64,000 bases of DNA from Lytechinus pictus. Lineage: Eukaryota. Position 1 is the first letter of the stretch, and every line of letters begins with the position of its first letter. The stretch is from positions 14,200,001 to 14,264,000 of the forward strand of contig NC_087245.1 in assembly GCF_037042905.1 (NCBI RefSeq), read 5' to 3'. The translations under genes were made by a program, and so were the position numbers. Positions 26,336 through 39,100 of the stretch are shown piece by piece. The notes below the pieces were generated by a model, which worked only from the letters and a program-made list of their open reading frames with translations, had not been told where the DNA came from and searched no databases.

Positions 26336-27154
26336 ATATAGTCAACATGTTATCAATATTGTGACCATCTCCAATCAAACATGCCTAACCGATTTCACTT
26401 ATAATTGCATAATGAATTCAGATATTTTGTTATATATCAAGCTAGCCTTATCAAAACCAAGGCTCTGTCTTTAGACCTATTAATTGCGTTAATTGTCCGG
26501 AGAGAAGCACTAATCAAATATCTCTCACTACAATACTGGACATATCTCTTAGGGAAAGCTGTATGCCATCAATTAAGGAAATCATTTATGCAATATTTCA
26601 GTCCCTGAAGTAAAATTACAGCTTCTTGGTTTGGCTTGGGTAGAAAAGAATCGCCATGGTAACCAGCTTCTTTCTCTAAATTACCATATTAATGGAAATC
26701 TTTTTTAAAGTGCTGGTTGGCCATGAGACAATAGAGCAGCTATGCGATGATAATATGTTCATTCTGGCTTGCCCCTGTATTGCCTTGCTGCTGTATGTTG
26801 TGCAACAGGCGCTATTTTTTCTTTCATTTGACAGAGACTTTTTCTTGATAACATCTTACATAAGATTCCATAGAGGGATTTTGCTGTATGCTTTTTGTCT
26901 CTGCCACTGTGGATAGGATTGAGATTCATCTCATTTATCACCCGCTGTGTAGACCTTGCTGCAGATAAAGACCATCGTTTCACCTTCTCATCGGCATTTT
27001 AACTTCTTGCTTAGCAGATGCTACTTTCCTTTTTCTTTCCATTCATTTTTATCTTCAACCTGTTGCATCAGCAACTGAATATTTGGTGGCCTGATAGCTT
27101 TTAGCATTTTGTTTGTATTCACGATTGCATGTGTGACTAAGAAGAGATTTCATC

Positions 27155-27233
27155 ATGCAGGGGATGCTACGAAGCTGTTGCTTGTTTAGGCTGAAGGAGG
27201 AATCACCCCTAATTGGGGAAGTTTGTTATCCAG
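27155..27233 (+). CDS. trio: candidate alternative first coding exon C: MQGMLRSCCLFRLKEESPLIGEVCYP (phase 1)
   Basis: atcATG, donor CAG|gtatta, in frame with exon 30060. Di-Cys N-terminus recalls Duet and p63RhoGEF. Confidence 0.6.
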
Positions 27234-27539
27234 GTATTATTTTCCGGTTCTATACACTGGTACTTATTCACTGGTACTATTCACTGGTATTTTCACTGGT
27301 CAAAGATATTCTCTGGTAATGATCATATTATATAAAATTGCACCAAGGCACTAACTCTTGTAATGGGTACATCATACAAAATATATATATTATTCATTCA
27401 CATGTATATCTGTTGTCTTGATAAGATATGTATTTCTGGTTCAGCACTTACAATCATTAGATAGATATGACATTCTATATCATGATTTTTGTAGGTCATG
27501 CTGCCGCTGTTTCTTTTAAAGCAAATGGCTACTGTCATA

Positions 27540-27680
27540 CTTCTGCTCCTAATTCTACTTCAAATTCCACTTCTACATCTACTTCTCCTTCTACTTTTAC
27601 TTAAACATCTATTTCTACTTCTACTCCTTCTTCTACTTCTACATCTCCTATTTCTCCTTCTACTTCTACTCCTCCTACTT

Positions 27681-27712
<32 letters not shown>

Positions 27713-27777
27713 GCTGCTACTACTTCTACTACTACTACTTCTAGTACTACTACTACTACTACTACTACTACTATTTA

Positions 27778-27847
<70 letters not shown>

Positions 27848-27911
27848 ACTGCTACTACTACTACTACTACTACCTCTACTACTACCTCTACTTCCACATC
27901 TACTACCACGC

Positions 27912-27978
<67 letters not shown>

Positions 27979-28300
27979 CTCTACTTCCACATCTACTACT
28001 ACGCCTACTTCGACTTCTATTACTACATCTACTTAATGTCCATCAACTGAAACTTGTGCATCTACCTCTACCTCTCTACCTACTCCTGCTTCTACTTCTG
28101 CTCCTACTTCTACTTCTACTTGTACTCCTTCGTCTACTCCTACTCCTGCTTCTACTTCTCCACCTACTTCTACTCCTACTCCTATTTCTACTTCTACATC
28201 TTCTACTTCTAGATGTAGTATTTTTCTACATGTCTATCTCTACTTCTGCATGTCTACTTCTACTTATACACACCTACATCTACATCAACATGTCTACTTC
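27540..28300. repeat. compound (CTA)n/(CTG)n microsatellite within a degenerate CTACTT low-complexity tract
   Basis: Long CTA runs around a CTG run at ~27792-27850; this produces the poly-Leu ORF 27498..28355. Confidence 0.95.
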
Positions 28301-30059
28301 TTATACATGTTTGTCTCTTTACAAGTCTACATCTCCTCTGTGTATGTCTACATGAAGTCTACTTCTGCTTCTGTCATTGTCTGCTTGTACTACTAATTGT
28401 GTGTCTATGTCTATGTTAACATATATTTTTACTTCCAATTTTGTCTATATCTTCTTTTCATCTTCTTCTTTTACCTTTCATTCTATAGCCCAAATTCTTA
28501 GTGTTATATTGGGTGCGTTCATTTTAGGTGAATTGAAACATGGATGAAGATTCAAATTGATGTTTTAGCTTAGTCAAGGGGCTTGTACAATACAGCATTG
28601 GGGTATACAAGATTGTATCATTAATCTCCTTGATTTGATAAGCACTGTAAACAACCACAATGCCCTGATAGATATTTCCATTTGGATTTAACCAGCATAT
28701 GCAGATCTACAGCAAATGTTAGATTAAATACTCTTACATATTCATCAGTTACTCTTTATTATCATATATATATTCAAGTGCAAGATCCTGTAGACTTAAT
28801 GATAATGCATTGAGAAACGTGTGGAGAGAAATAGAGATTATTATCATGTTTCCACAGCTTCATGACACAAAGCTTTGCAATCAATTTTGCAAATAGACAA
28901 TGGTCAATCAACCCCCTTGTTGCGCACACACAATATTCAATACCAAATATTGAGCAATTGGAATAACTTCTTGAAATTTGTAATTGATTGTAAATCTTTG
29001 TGATATATATGGGGTCCTTATGCAAAATGTTACAAGAACAAACATGTTTACACAACATGGTGAAAACATATATTTTTATAGCGAAATATACTTCCTAACT
29101 GGACTCATTGGTGCAAGGTACAACTTTATTGTGCATATAATTATACAATGTCCAACATATCACTATAACGAAACATGTCAGGTTTTTAGGGATTTATGCA
29201 TAATTATGTATTTACTGTGTAATGCGAAGCCAACATAGTTGTACTGAAATGCAGAGCATATTTTGGTTGCTCTTGTATAAATATAGTGATTGCGTGAAGT
29301 TTAATTATTACATAGATGTACCTGTTTATTTTTCTTCAAATTCCATCCTTTTGTGAAATTTCCATTGTAACTGTGTGTATATCATACATGTATATGTGTG
29401 TGTGTGTTTTTTTTCCTGTTTTTTCCTTCAAATATTGCACAAGCCCATGTATCTGTATGTCTCTGGATCCCATGTTTATCATTGCTGATCACTGATATGA
29501 TCAGAGTAATCTGTTGACTTACATACTCTGTCAGTCGCCAATATTTACAATGGCCCATGCTGGTTTTGTCGCAAAACCCACCCAAAATAATGAAATGCCT
29601 CATTGTATGCAGGGTATCAGCATGAGACTTTCATCGATGTGCTTTAGTTGTTTTGAGGTATGCTGCAAATTGTTTTCCTCGAAGCCATTATGTTGACTGT
29701 CCTTTACAGCAAGGAAAAACCAATTTTAAATCACTAAGGCAGATCCAGGATGTTGTGAAAGATTGGACACTCAAATATCTGAATATTTTCTTTCAAGTAA
29801 TAAAAATAGCAAGGGTTTCTACCTTGACAAAGTTGCTGTTTAAAGGGTTATGAGTTTAAAAAGGGGGCACTTCTCATAGAAAAAAATTAGGGCCACAGAT
29901 AAGTAGTTATCCCTTCAAAATTTGTCACAATGGGTGGGGGTGTAGGCATGTGCCCCTTGCCTGGCCTTCCACCTCACAAACAGCATTCATGATGACTGTT
30001 TAGAGAAACACTGGTATATTCATGTATCTTGTATTGTTTTCTTTCTTTTTCATTGATAG

Positions 30060-30141
30060 AACTTGAGGGCGGTAGCGCAGGAGGACTGGGACCAATCAAC
30101 AACAATGACTTACAAGGACCGAAAAGAAAGGGCAGTATAAA
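30060..30141 (+). CDS. trio: trio internal exon, phase 1 to 2: (E)[26 protein letters not shown](K)
   Basis: Acceptor ttttctttctttttcattgatag, donor AA|gtaagt. Joins 36422 to give [15 protein letters not shown], like Kalirin GPKRSTNTLKKWLTSP. Confidence 0.88.
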
Positions 30142-33100
30142 GTAAGTCCATTTTGCTTCAAATCTGTTTTTAAAGTGTTTCATTCATCTGTTATTGAAAA
30201 GAAATTGCTCTACTTGGATGTACATCCTATCATGTTATGGCATTTGAAAAAAACTTTAAAAAGTCATATTCACGTGCATAATCTTTGCATTGTGTTTGTT
30301 GAATGTCAGGAAAAAAAATTCTGTGTCATGGCATTTATTATTATACTGACTACTGAACCCAAGCCTCCAAATTCCAGGAAGAATAACTGTTGCTTTTTTA
30401 TTGCCAATATAATCCCTGTGGAGGGGACAAATATTTCAAAAAAAGAATAACTGAAAGTTTGTTTGAATATTGCTACTGATAAGACAAAATATTGTAGCTC
30501 ATAAAGCAGGGTGAAAAAAGCAATGCTGTCATAACACTATCAAAATTAATATTTTTACGTTGAACAGCGGTGACTACATTTTGTAGATAGGGAGTTGGGA
30601 CTTTTGACAGGATTATTGATAGATTATCTAGTGATTGAACATAAAAGCTGATTTCCTCCATCTCTCGGAGAAATTTTAAGCAAGCAGCCAGCTATTAACT
30701 ACATGTAGCTAGTGGATAGTTTAATATGCTTGTTATAGGCATGCAGATAATTATCAAGTGATCTTCGAGGTGAGCATGTACTCTTTGCCAGCTTGTAATC
30801 ACTTATTAAGTTCACCACCAGCTAGTCACTTGCTAGTTAATACTGGTTTGCACCACGCTTAAATTTCCATAGGTGATAATTTAGGATATAAGGTCTTGTC
30901 ATCTAAGCAGTGATACATGAATGTCATGTTTACATGTAGCTCTTGCGGTTCAAAATGATTGACACTCCTCTATAGCTTGCTATGTTAAACACATTTGTAA
31001 AGATCTGAGTAACTCTATGAAGAGCTTTACAATGCCCCCTTGCTACCCTCACCCCACCCCAATACAGCAAAGTTTAAAGTAGAGTCCTCATCATCAAGAG
31101 GAATTTCTAGTGACATTGATTATAAATTGTTTGCCATCAAGAGCCGCCCAATGGTTTATGTATACCTGGAAGATAGATGGAGTATGTCATTCTTCCCGAA
31201 CTGATGACATGTAGCTATGCCGTTGGTTAGACTCACTCTCAGGTTATTGTATCAATTTTTACAAAACCTTTATTGCATCTTCCGTATTGCTGGTTATTAT
31301 CAATATATGTGGGATCATAGCCTATTCATAGGGTTGTTTCACAAAGAATTAATTGTGATTTCTCGTCATTCTTGAATTCCTTATAGCACAGAATACATGC
31401 TGCTTTCAGCAACTGTGTCCACTTGTTAGATTTCTACATACATGTAGTCAGTGTTAATCCAGCACTGTGGATTGGGTTGGGTATAGAGCTTATAAAGACC
31501 AGGCGGGTGTGTCATAAAACAGTTTGTAAGTTAAGAGCGACTTTAAGAACAACTGGTGAACCTTTCTTATGCTCTAAATAATCACCAATGAACATTTAAT
31601 GGTCAATATCATTTACCATAAGAAATGATCACCAGTCGTTCTTAAAGTCGCTCTTAACTTACAAACAGCTTTATGGCCCCCTGGTCCCACTGCACTTACG
31701 GATGCAAAGCGGATGTAAAATGTACAAAAATCTTGCCATCTATTGGAAAATGCTTTGCATCCGTTGCGTAATCATTGCATACGTGTTACATACGTTTTAT
31801 CCATCGAGCATCCGTCCACTGGGATTTTATCCGTGAGAAGAGTTTTGAGTTGCACAAAACTTTTAGAACGGATGAACTTTCGCTGTATATGATATAAATC
31901 CGCAACATAAACGAGCAACAAACATTCCATATCAGTTATCATCCGTTAAATGTACGCTGTCTGCATCTTCTGGGCATCATTGCAACTCATATCCACTTCA
32001 GCTGAACAACGGAAAGAGGGAGGAAAGATAAGATACATGGAACGTCTATACATCATAAGTAGTGCGGAAATTGAAAGGATGTAAGCGTATGCATCTTGTA
32101 TATAAAGTATTCAAACCCTGGTAACCCCTTTGGAGCTGCCATCCACTTCCATCTGCTTTCATCCGCTAGGCTTCCGATGAACATTCATTTAAACATCCCT
32201 GCTAAATACTACCAACATCTGTTATTTTCTGTTATGTTTCCGCAAATTTTATCGCTAATTTTGTCCATTTCTGGAGCGGATGAAAACGGATGGAGCAACC
32301 CCCGAAATTTTGTTTGTCCGCTGTGTCCTTTATGAATACGATTTGCATCCATCAGCCAGTGGGACCAGGCCTTTACTAAAAAGCTAGCCATTGTGATTCA
32401 TTTAGTCTATTCCAACTATGGAAGCCCAGAGATATCATCATCTAGAATTTATTATTCTCTCCAAAGTTTTCTCTGAGCCTGCAGCTTTCTGGAACCAAGC
32501 CACCAAGGGATAGATGCGTCCAGATATTTTCATATACACCATTTTTCACACATTATGCGTTAGACTCCCGCATTAGGGACTCTTACTCGTCCCCTCGAAT
32601 CTCATTCTCACGCATGTATCACAGCCTATCCCCATTATACACAACGTCTGTGATCTCATGCTGAATCACGATAAGTCTCACCCATAGCTGGTCTTCGATG
32701 AACTTGGCATCGCTGTATTTTATTATTTCATGGAGGTAATGTTGGTGTATTCTTTCCCACCTGCCCAATTAGGAAAATACCCTTAGATGTAATAGAATGT
32801 ATTATGCCTCCCCCCCCCCCAAAAAAAAAAATGCATGATGATAAATTTTTGCACATTCACACCTGTCTGAACGAGATAAGGTTCTTGTAGTTAGGAACCT
32901 GCAACAGCACTTGCATTCTCACAGCAAATGATGCATTCTCCTTGTCTCACATCAAAAGGATTCTATGATTTCATTTCACACAGCAAATATTCCGGTGATC
33001 AAGAAAATATATTGTTAACGTTCCTGTTTGTTTGTGTGCCTTCTAACCTATGGGTATTTTTTCCATTAAAAAATATTCTTTATATTTTCCAAGACCAGCC

Positions 33101-36100
33101 CAAATACCTCTTTCCTAAAATTTGTTATAACTATAACAGTTGAAAGCTACTGAAATTGTTTAATTTTATGGGCTGGTACTAAAATTGGCAAAGAAATTGT
33201 GCATTTGTTATGATAAAAAGTCTTTTTGAAACGGGGGGCCCAGGTGTGAAAGCACCTGGTGAGAGGGACGTCACCTCCTATCTGTTATCAGGGCGCTAAC
33301 ACTACATAGCACTCAGCAGAAGCTGAAAGTCTTGAGTGCTGAGGAATGCTGTCCGATAAGGTACCCTGATGACACACTGACCTGTCTTGAACGATGACAA
33401 GTCACTTGTCGTTATTATTCCGCTGATGGATGTCTCCTTAACACCAGTGAGGTGTTTCGCAGAGAAGACATAGTTATAACTTAAAATCACAAAATCACTC
33501 TTGGAGATTCACTGTTCACTGTTGTATGTGATATGTAATGCATCAACACATCGGTGAGGTCACACTTAAAAGATATGACTACCTTGTATTCATCAATAAT
33601 ATTTCCATTAATTATAATAATAATAATATAATGTCATTTGGAGGTTGAGCATGACTTAAGCAGACTCCAGTGGGCCGTTTCATAAAGCTGTTCGTAAGTT
33701 AGAGTGACTTTAAGAAGGACTGGTGAACCTTTCTTACGTGCTTAACCATTGCCAATGAATATACCATTTCCGACAAGAAAGGATCACCAGTCGTTCTTAA
33801 AGTCACTCTTAACTTACAAACAGCTTTATGAAACATCCACAAGGGGGGTGTTTCACAAAGATATAAGTATGACTTAGAGTCGCAGTTAAATGCCTAGTTG
33901 TGTGTGTTATAAAAGGCATAACTGCATTGGTCAGATCCTGTTAAGAGGACACGCACTCCTGTTTATTAATCGATAAGATTGCGCGTAGCATTTCATATAC
34001 GCGTTGGCATTTAAGTGCAGTTCTAAATCATACTTTAAGGACAAGTCCACCCCAACAAAAGTTGATTTGAATAAAAAGAGAAAAATCAAACAAGCAAAAC
34101 ACTGAAAATTTCATATAAATCGGATGTAAAATAAGAAAGTTATGACATTTTGACATGCAAATGAGGAGACTGATTACATCATCCACTTACTATTTCTTTT
34201 GTATTTTATTGTATGAAATAGGGAATATTCTGTTTTTCTCCTCATTGTCAAGTGAAACAACGATTAATTCCTCCCTGAACATGTGGAATGAGCATTGTCT
34301 AATGCTATATAATTCAGTCAAGTTGGTCCTTATTGTCAAATTTAAAAAAAAATGAAATATTGTATAATTTGAACAATAAAAAACAAAGGAAATAGTGAGT
34401 GAGGACATCATCGACTGTCTCATCTGAGTTGTGCAAATCACTGTTTTGTGAAAAATGAGCAAAACTTTAAAATGTCATATCTTTCTTATTTTACATCCGA
34501 TTTTGATGAAATTTTCAGTGTTTTGCTAGTTTGATTTTTCTCTATTTATTCAAATCAAATTTTTTCTGGGATGAACTTGACCTTTAATTAATTAACAGGT
34601 TGTACCGTTTTCAGCTTTTGGGGGGGAAAATCCATACAGAAATATTTGAAAATATGAAAGTGGGCCATTTAATAGACAAGTGTAGTCTCGTGAGATTTTT
34701 TTTAAAGGCAATATCGCATGTAGCATTCCTTGAAAATGAAAGAAAAATATTATAATTAAGAAACGGATTAGTCACCTGAATCGATTATCATTAATTTAAA
34801 CTAAAATACAGAGCTGGGATTTATATTAATCTCAAATATTGGTTTAAGGAAGGATAACTGAATCAAGTTCCCCCAATATCAGTAAATGACTCTCCTATAG
34901 ACTGAGTTATAGCTTTCACTTCCAGTTTTAAAAATAATCATCCCATATATCTTCTTTTTAGGAGACAAGAGCTTATAGATGGCATTATCTTTTAGTTTCT
35001 ACTGTCATGTATTTGTTGTAAACATGTTATATCAATTGATGCCTATTAATAATCTGTTCAATAGTCAAATGAATAGACTCTTTGACTTTCCTGCCTTTTC
35101 TTTACAAGAAAACTGATGGTAGGATGTGGTTAAAATCTGTTGTGGGTTATGACATACAGTGGAGCTGCTCAGCTTATGGTAGGCCTACACATCATGCAAG
35201 CTGTCATTTTATTCAGTCGGATTGCAAGGAATACTTTTGTTTTGTCAGACCTCAGGGATTTTTAAGATTATAGCTTCATGAGTCTTACTGCTCGAAAATG
35301 TTGTAAGTGTTGTTGAATGGTATTATTCTTATTTTTAGCAAAATATAACTTTTACATATTCCTTCAGCCAAAAGGATTCTGTGATGTAATGTTTTGAGAT
35401 TGTCTGTTGGTTTAAAAATGTGAATGCAATATCTCACTAACTGACAAACTTTTCAGGAAACACTGTAGAAGGTCCAGTGTTATTGGTCTGTATGGGTGCG
35501 GGAGACTAATATGCTTTTCACACTGCACTTTTTTCCCTTAACCCCAGGAAATTGGTGGGGCTAAGGGGGGGTCTTAGCCCCACCAATTTCCCGGGGTTAA
35601 GCTTAGCCCACTTCGTTTTCACATTACGTTTTAGCAAAGTGGGCTAGCACGGTAAATAGTACGGTACTATCTGGCCCTGCAAAAAAGCAGGGTTAGCCGG
35701 CTTATTGTGGTGCTAGCACCACAATTGCGGTGCTAAGAGATGCAGTGTGAAACGAAACAGGGCTAAGCATTAGCCAATCACAGAAGTCGAAATTGCACGT
35801 TAATCGCGCTTTGTATGTTAAAATCGTCAATATTTATGAGCTGTGTGATTGCCCGGGGTTAAGGCATTAACCCCGGCTAAGCAAATAGTACGGGGTTAAG
35901 AAAGACAGTGTGAATAAAAAAAAAGATAGTATGGGGTTAAGGATAGTCCGGGGTTAAGGATAGTATGGGGTTAAGGAAATGCAGTGTGAAAAGCATATAA
36001 GAGCTAAATGGTTAACAAGGTCAATGTCCACATATCATCGTGTCAGTACAAGAACGCCCTTCAAACCATACTTTCATGCATCGTATGTGTGCAAAAATGC

Positions 36101-39100
36101 CCTTAGCAGCATGCATAAGGGCGTTTCTGCACCAGTGGGCAATGCAAAAAATTTTTCCTAATGGCATTCTTGCACTAACACAATATATTTGTTTGTAAAT
36201 TTGATTCATCTGAATTAAATGAACATTCTAGTGAACTAGTTCTTTGTTATCTTTGTTATCACTATCTTTTGAATGGGTCGCAATGTATTTCATTGCAGAT
36301 TGCTGTGGTGGGTTATTATCCCCTTTCATTTTGCATGATTTTGTTTGTACAAAAATTTAGTTTATATACCAATGATGTGATTATTTACAAGTATTTGCTT
36401 GCTTTATTTTCCCGTTCCCAGGAAGTGGCTTACGAGTCCGATCCGAAAACCCAGTGGGAAGGGTGCAGAAAGAATAGAGACACCTAACAGAACAGCAAAT
36501 AGTGGCTCAGGAAGGGGTAGGAGACAAGATCAAAAGGGACAGGTAAATTCAACATCAATTTCAAATATTAATTAGATAATTAGTTAATTATTTAATTATT
36601 TGGTGAGTGCTGGACATGATTACAGAGTTTTGTTTTGTTTTCTTTAAAGATCCAGTTCACTCCAATATGAAATTGACTTCAATAAATAGAAGAAAAAAAA
36701 TTAATTAAGTTTAACATTCTAAAAGTTTGTCAAATTCAAATGAAAACGCGGAAATTGTGGCAACTCTGTAAAACAGTGATATGCATGACATGAGTATGCA
36801 ATGAGAGAGCTGATGATGTCACACACAAAATCACCATTCTATCAGATGATATTTTGAATATTATGTTTTGGAACCTGTTTTTTTTAAACAACTCTCCATT
36901 GATTAATGACAAGTGATTTTTTCATGCTTATACTGTGCTTGATTAATTGTAATATTACCATAGCAAAGTGCATCTGACTTATGATTAAGAACATGATAAT
37001 TTAAGTTGGGGAGTATATCGAAGCAGCAGAAATAGTGAAGGTAGATTTCTGGACCAACTCAGCTAGGACTTTTAAAAATTGAAATTATTACTTTCTTGTT
37101 AAATACTGTTCAAAAGAGACTGTTCGCCCCCTTTATTAACCTGTTGAGGACTGAATGATTGTGCCTTAACACATGTTTTCCATAGACTCCAGCTGATTAT
37201 ATGCGGGCTCATTCTTCAACAGGTTAACAGTGTCTTGTAGAGAACAGTTGCAATCCAGTTGCTTGTGATTTGATTTGGTTTTGGACATGGTTACATTGAC
37301 TGTATTTAGTGTGCTGGTACCACTAAGGGATTCTGTCAGATAATGTTAAACATCACATAGTTCCTGATACATACAAAGAAAAACACACTTATCAATGAAA
37401 ATCAGGCAAGCAATTGGCAGTTCAAGCATATCATTGTTTTTTTTAATAGGCATAAATGGCTTGTCCTTGCAATTTACTTGTACGATTTTGAATAGATGTA
37501 ATTATTCATATCCCTAGAATGCTGATTTTGTGTGGTTTCCATGAGTCAGGTCTGCATGTAACAATGCAGTCATAGTTATAATTATCAAGAAAAATAGCAA
37601 AAAGGAGTATTTTAGAACATGCAGGCTATACACATATGGTTCCAATATAATATTATCATTTACATTAATTTTGTACACCAGGACCCCATCACCAGAATAA
37701 ATTCAATCTTTGCAAATTTGATCAGTAAGTTTGATTTGTGACTAATTATCATTTGAACAGAATTTACTTGAAATGATGATCTTGATAAATTATTGCCATT
37801 CATACCTTTGTGTTGTAGGGCATGTGATTAAGGTTTTATTGAAGGAACAAAATTCAGCTTGACAGACAAGGAAGAAAATATACAATAATATGAAAGAAAA
37901 AACAGAAAGTTATCGGAATTACAGAGGCATTGTTTGAGTGGGAAATTAGCTGTCAAGGAAACACATTCATGAGACGATTAGGACAAGATGCAGAAGAGGC
38001 GTTAACCAATGCAGGAAAAAGGTGAAGAATTAATGAATAAAATACCTCAATGCTTTGTATTCAATGATGCATTACAAAGCAAGAAAACAAACATCCGAAA
38101 GAGTGAGTTATAGAGAATTGAAGTAATGGGAAAGATGTCAAAGAATGGGATAATAAAAAGAAAAGTTGAGAGAGGAAAGAAGAGGACCTTTTGCAAGGAC
38201 AGACAAAGAATAAAGTAAAAGGACTGAGAGTGATGCAAGCGAGCTAAAGGCGCCCATTGACGTCATGGCCAGATTTCTGTACGCAGTCGACGGGAGTACA
38301 TCAGCAATAAGCATTAAAGGGAGCCAATCACGCGAGAGGGAAAGAGCAAGCTCTCAACTCGTACCATCAAGGGCAATTCACCACCTGTTTCACTCGTATA
38401 TGATTGCAAATTCTTATTAATTTTACTCTTTCCAAAGTAAAAATGTACTTGAGTTCACCCGATAGATCCTCTCGGCTTGTAACAAGTTATGTGGGTAAAG
38501 GTGATGAGGAGATGGGGAATATTTCAAAGCTGATTTTGTTGTTGGTTGCAGATTGATTACAATGTGAAATTTGCTATTTTAGATTCATTATGTTGAAAGT
38601 CAAAGTACAATAGAGTGATTTTATGATTATCTATTTTTTTTTATTTTTGCATGAATCTTGTTTTCTTTTCATTAGTTCCTTTCCAGTATAATACATATTG
38701 ATTAATCTGAGCGGGAGGGATGGGGTCTGATGTTCTTTTAATAAAAATATAAAAAAACCTTCACACATACCTTTGAATTTAATCATAATGCATCTCCTAT
38801 CTTCTATCTATTATCCACATTCACATTGTACATTGCATATCACTCAAAACCTATCCCCCTGTTAAGAATTATGTCCTTCAATAAATATTGATTTCTTTTT
38901 AGCATGTTCTCTCTGTTTCGTATCCTTTGAAGAACATAATCTTGAATTTCATCCTTAGAAATCAGATAAAGTGCTCATGATCTGGGCGTAGTCTCACTCA
39001 TATCTGAAATTTTGAATACCTGTATTTTATTATTTTTTTAGATGAAGGTTCTTCTTATCTCTAATTTCTATCTGTTTGTAAGTTTTTTTGTTTTAAGTAA

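Noticed and set aside
27498..28355. 285-aa poly-Leu ORF
   Set aside because: Translation of a CTA/CTG microsatellite, with no domain or splice support.
32561..32615. Alternative phase 1-to-2 bridging exon [17 protein letters not shown]
   Set aside because: Weak splice sites; exon 30060-30141 fits better and restores the GPKR..KKWLTSP motif.
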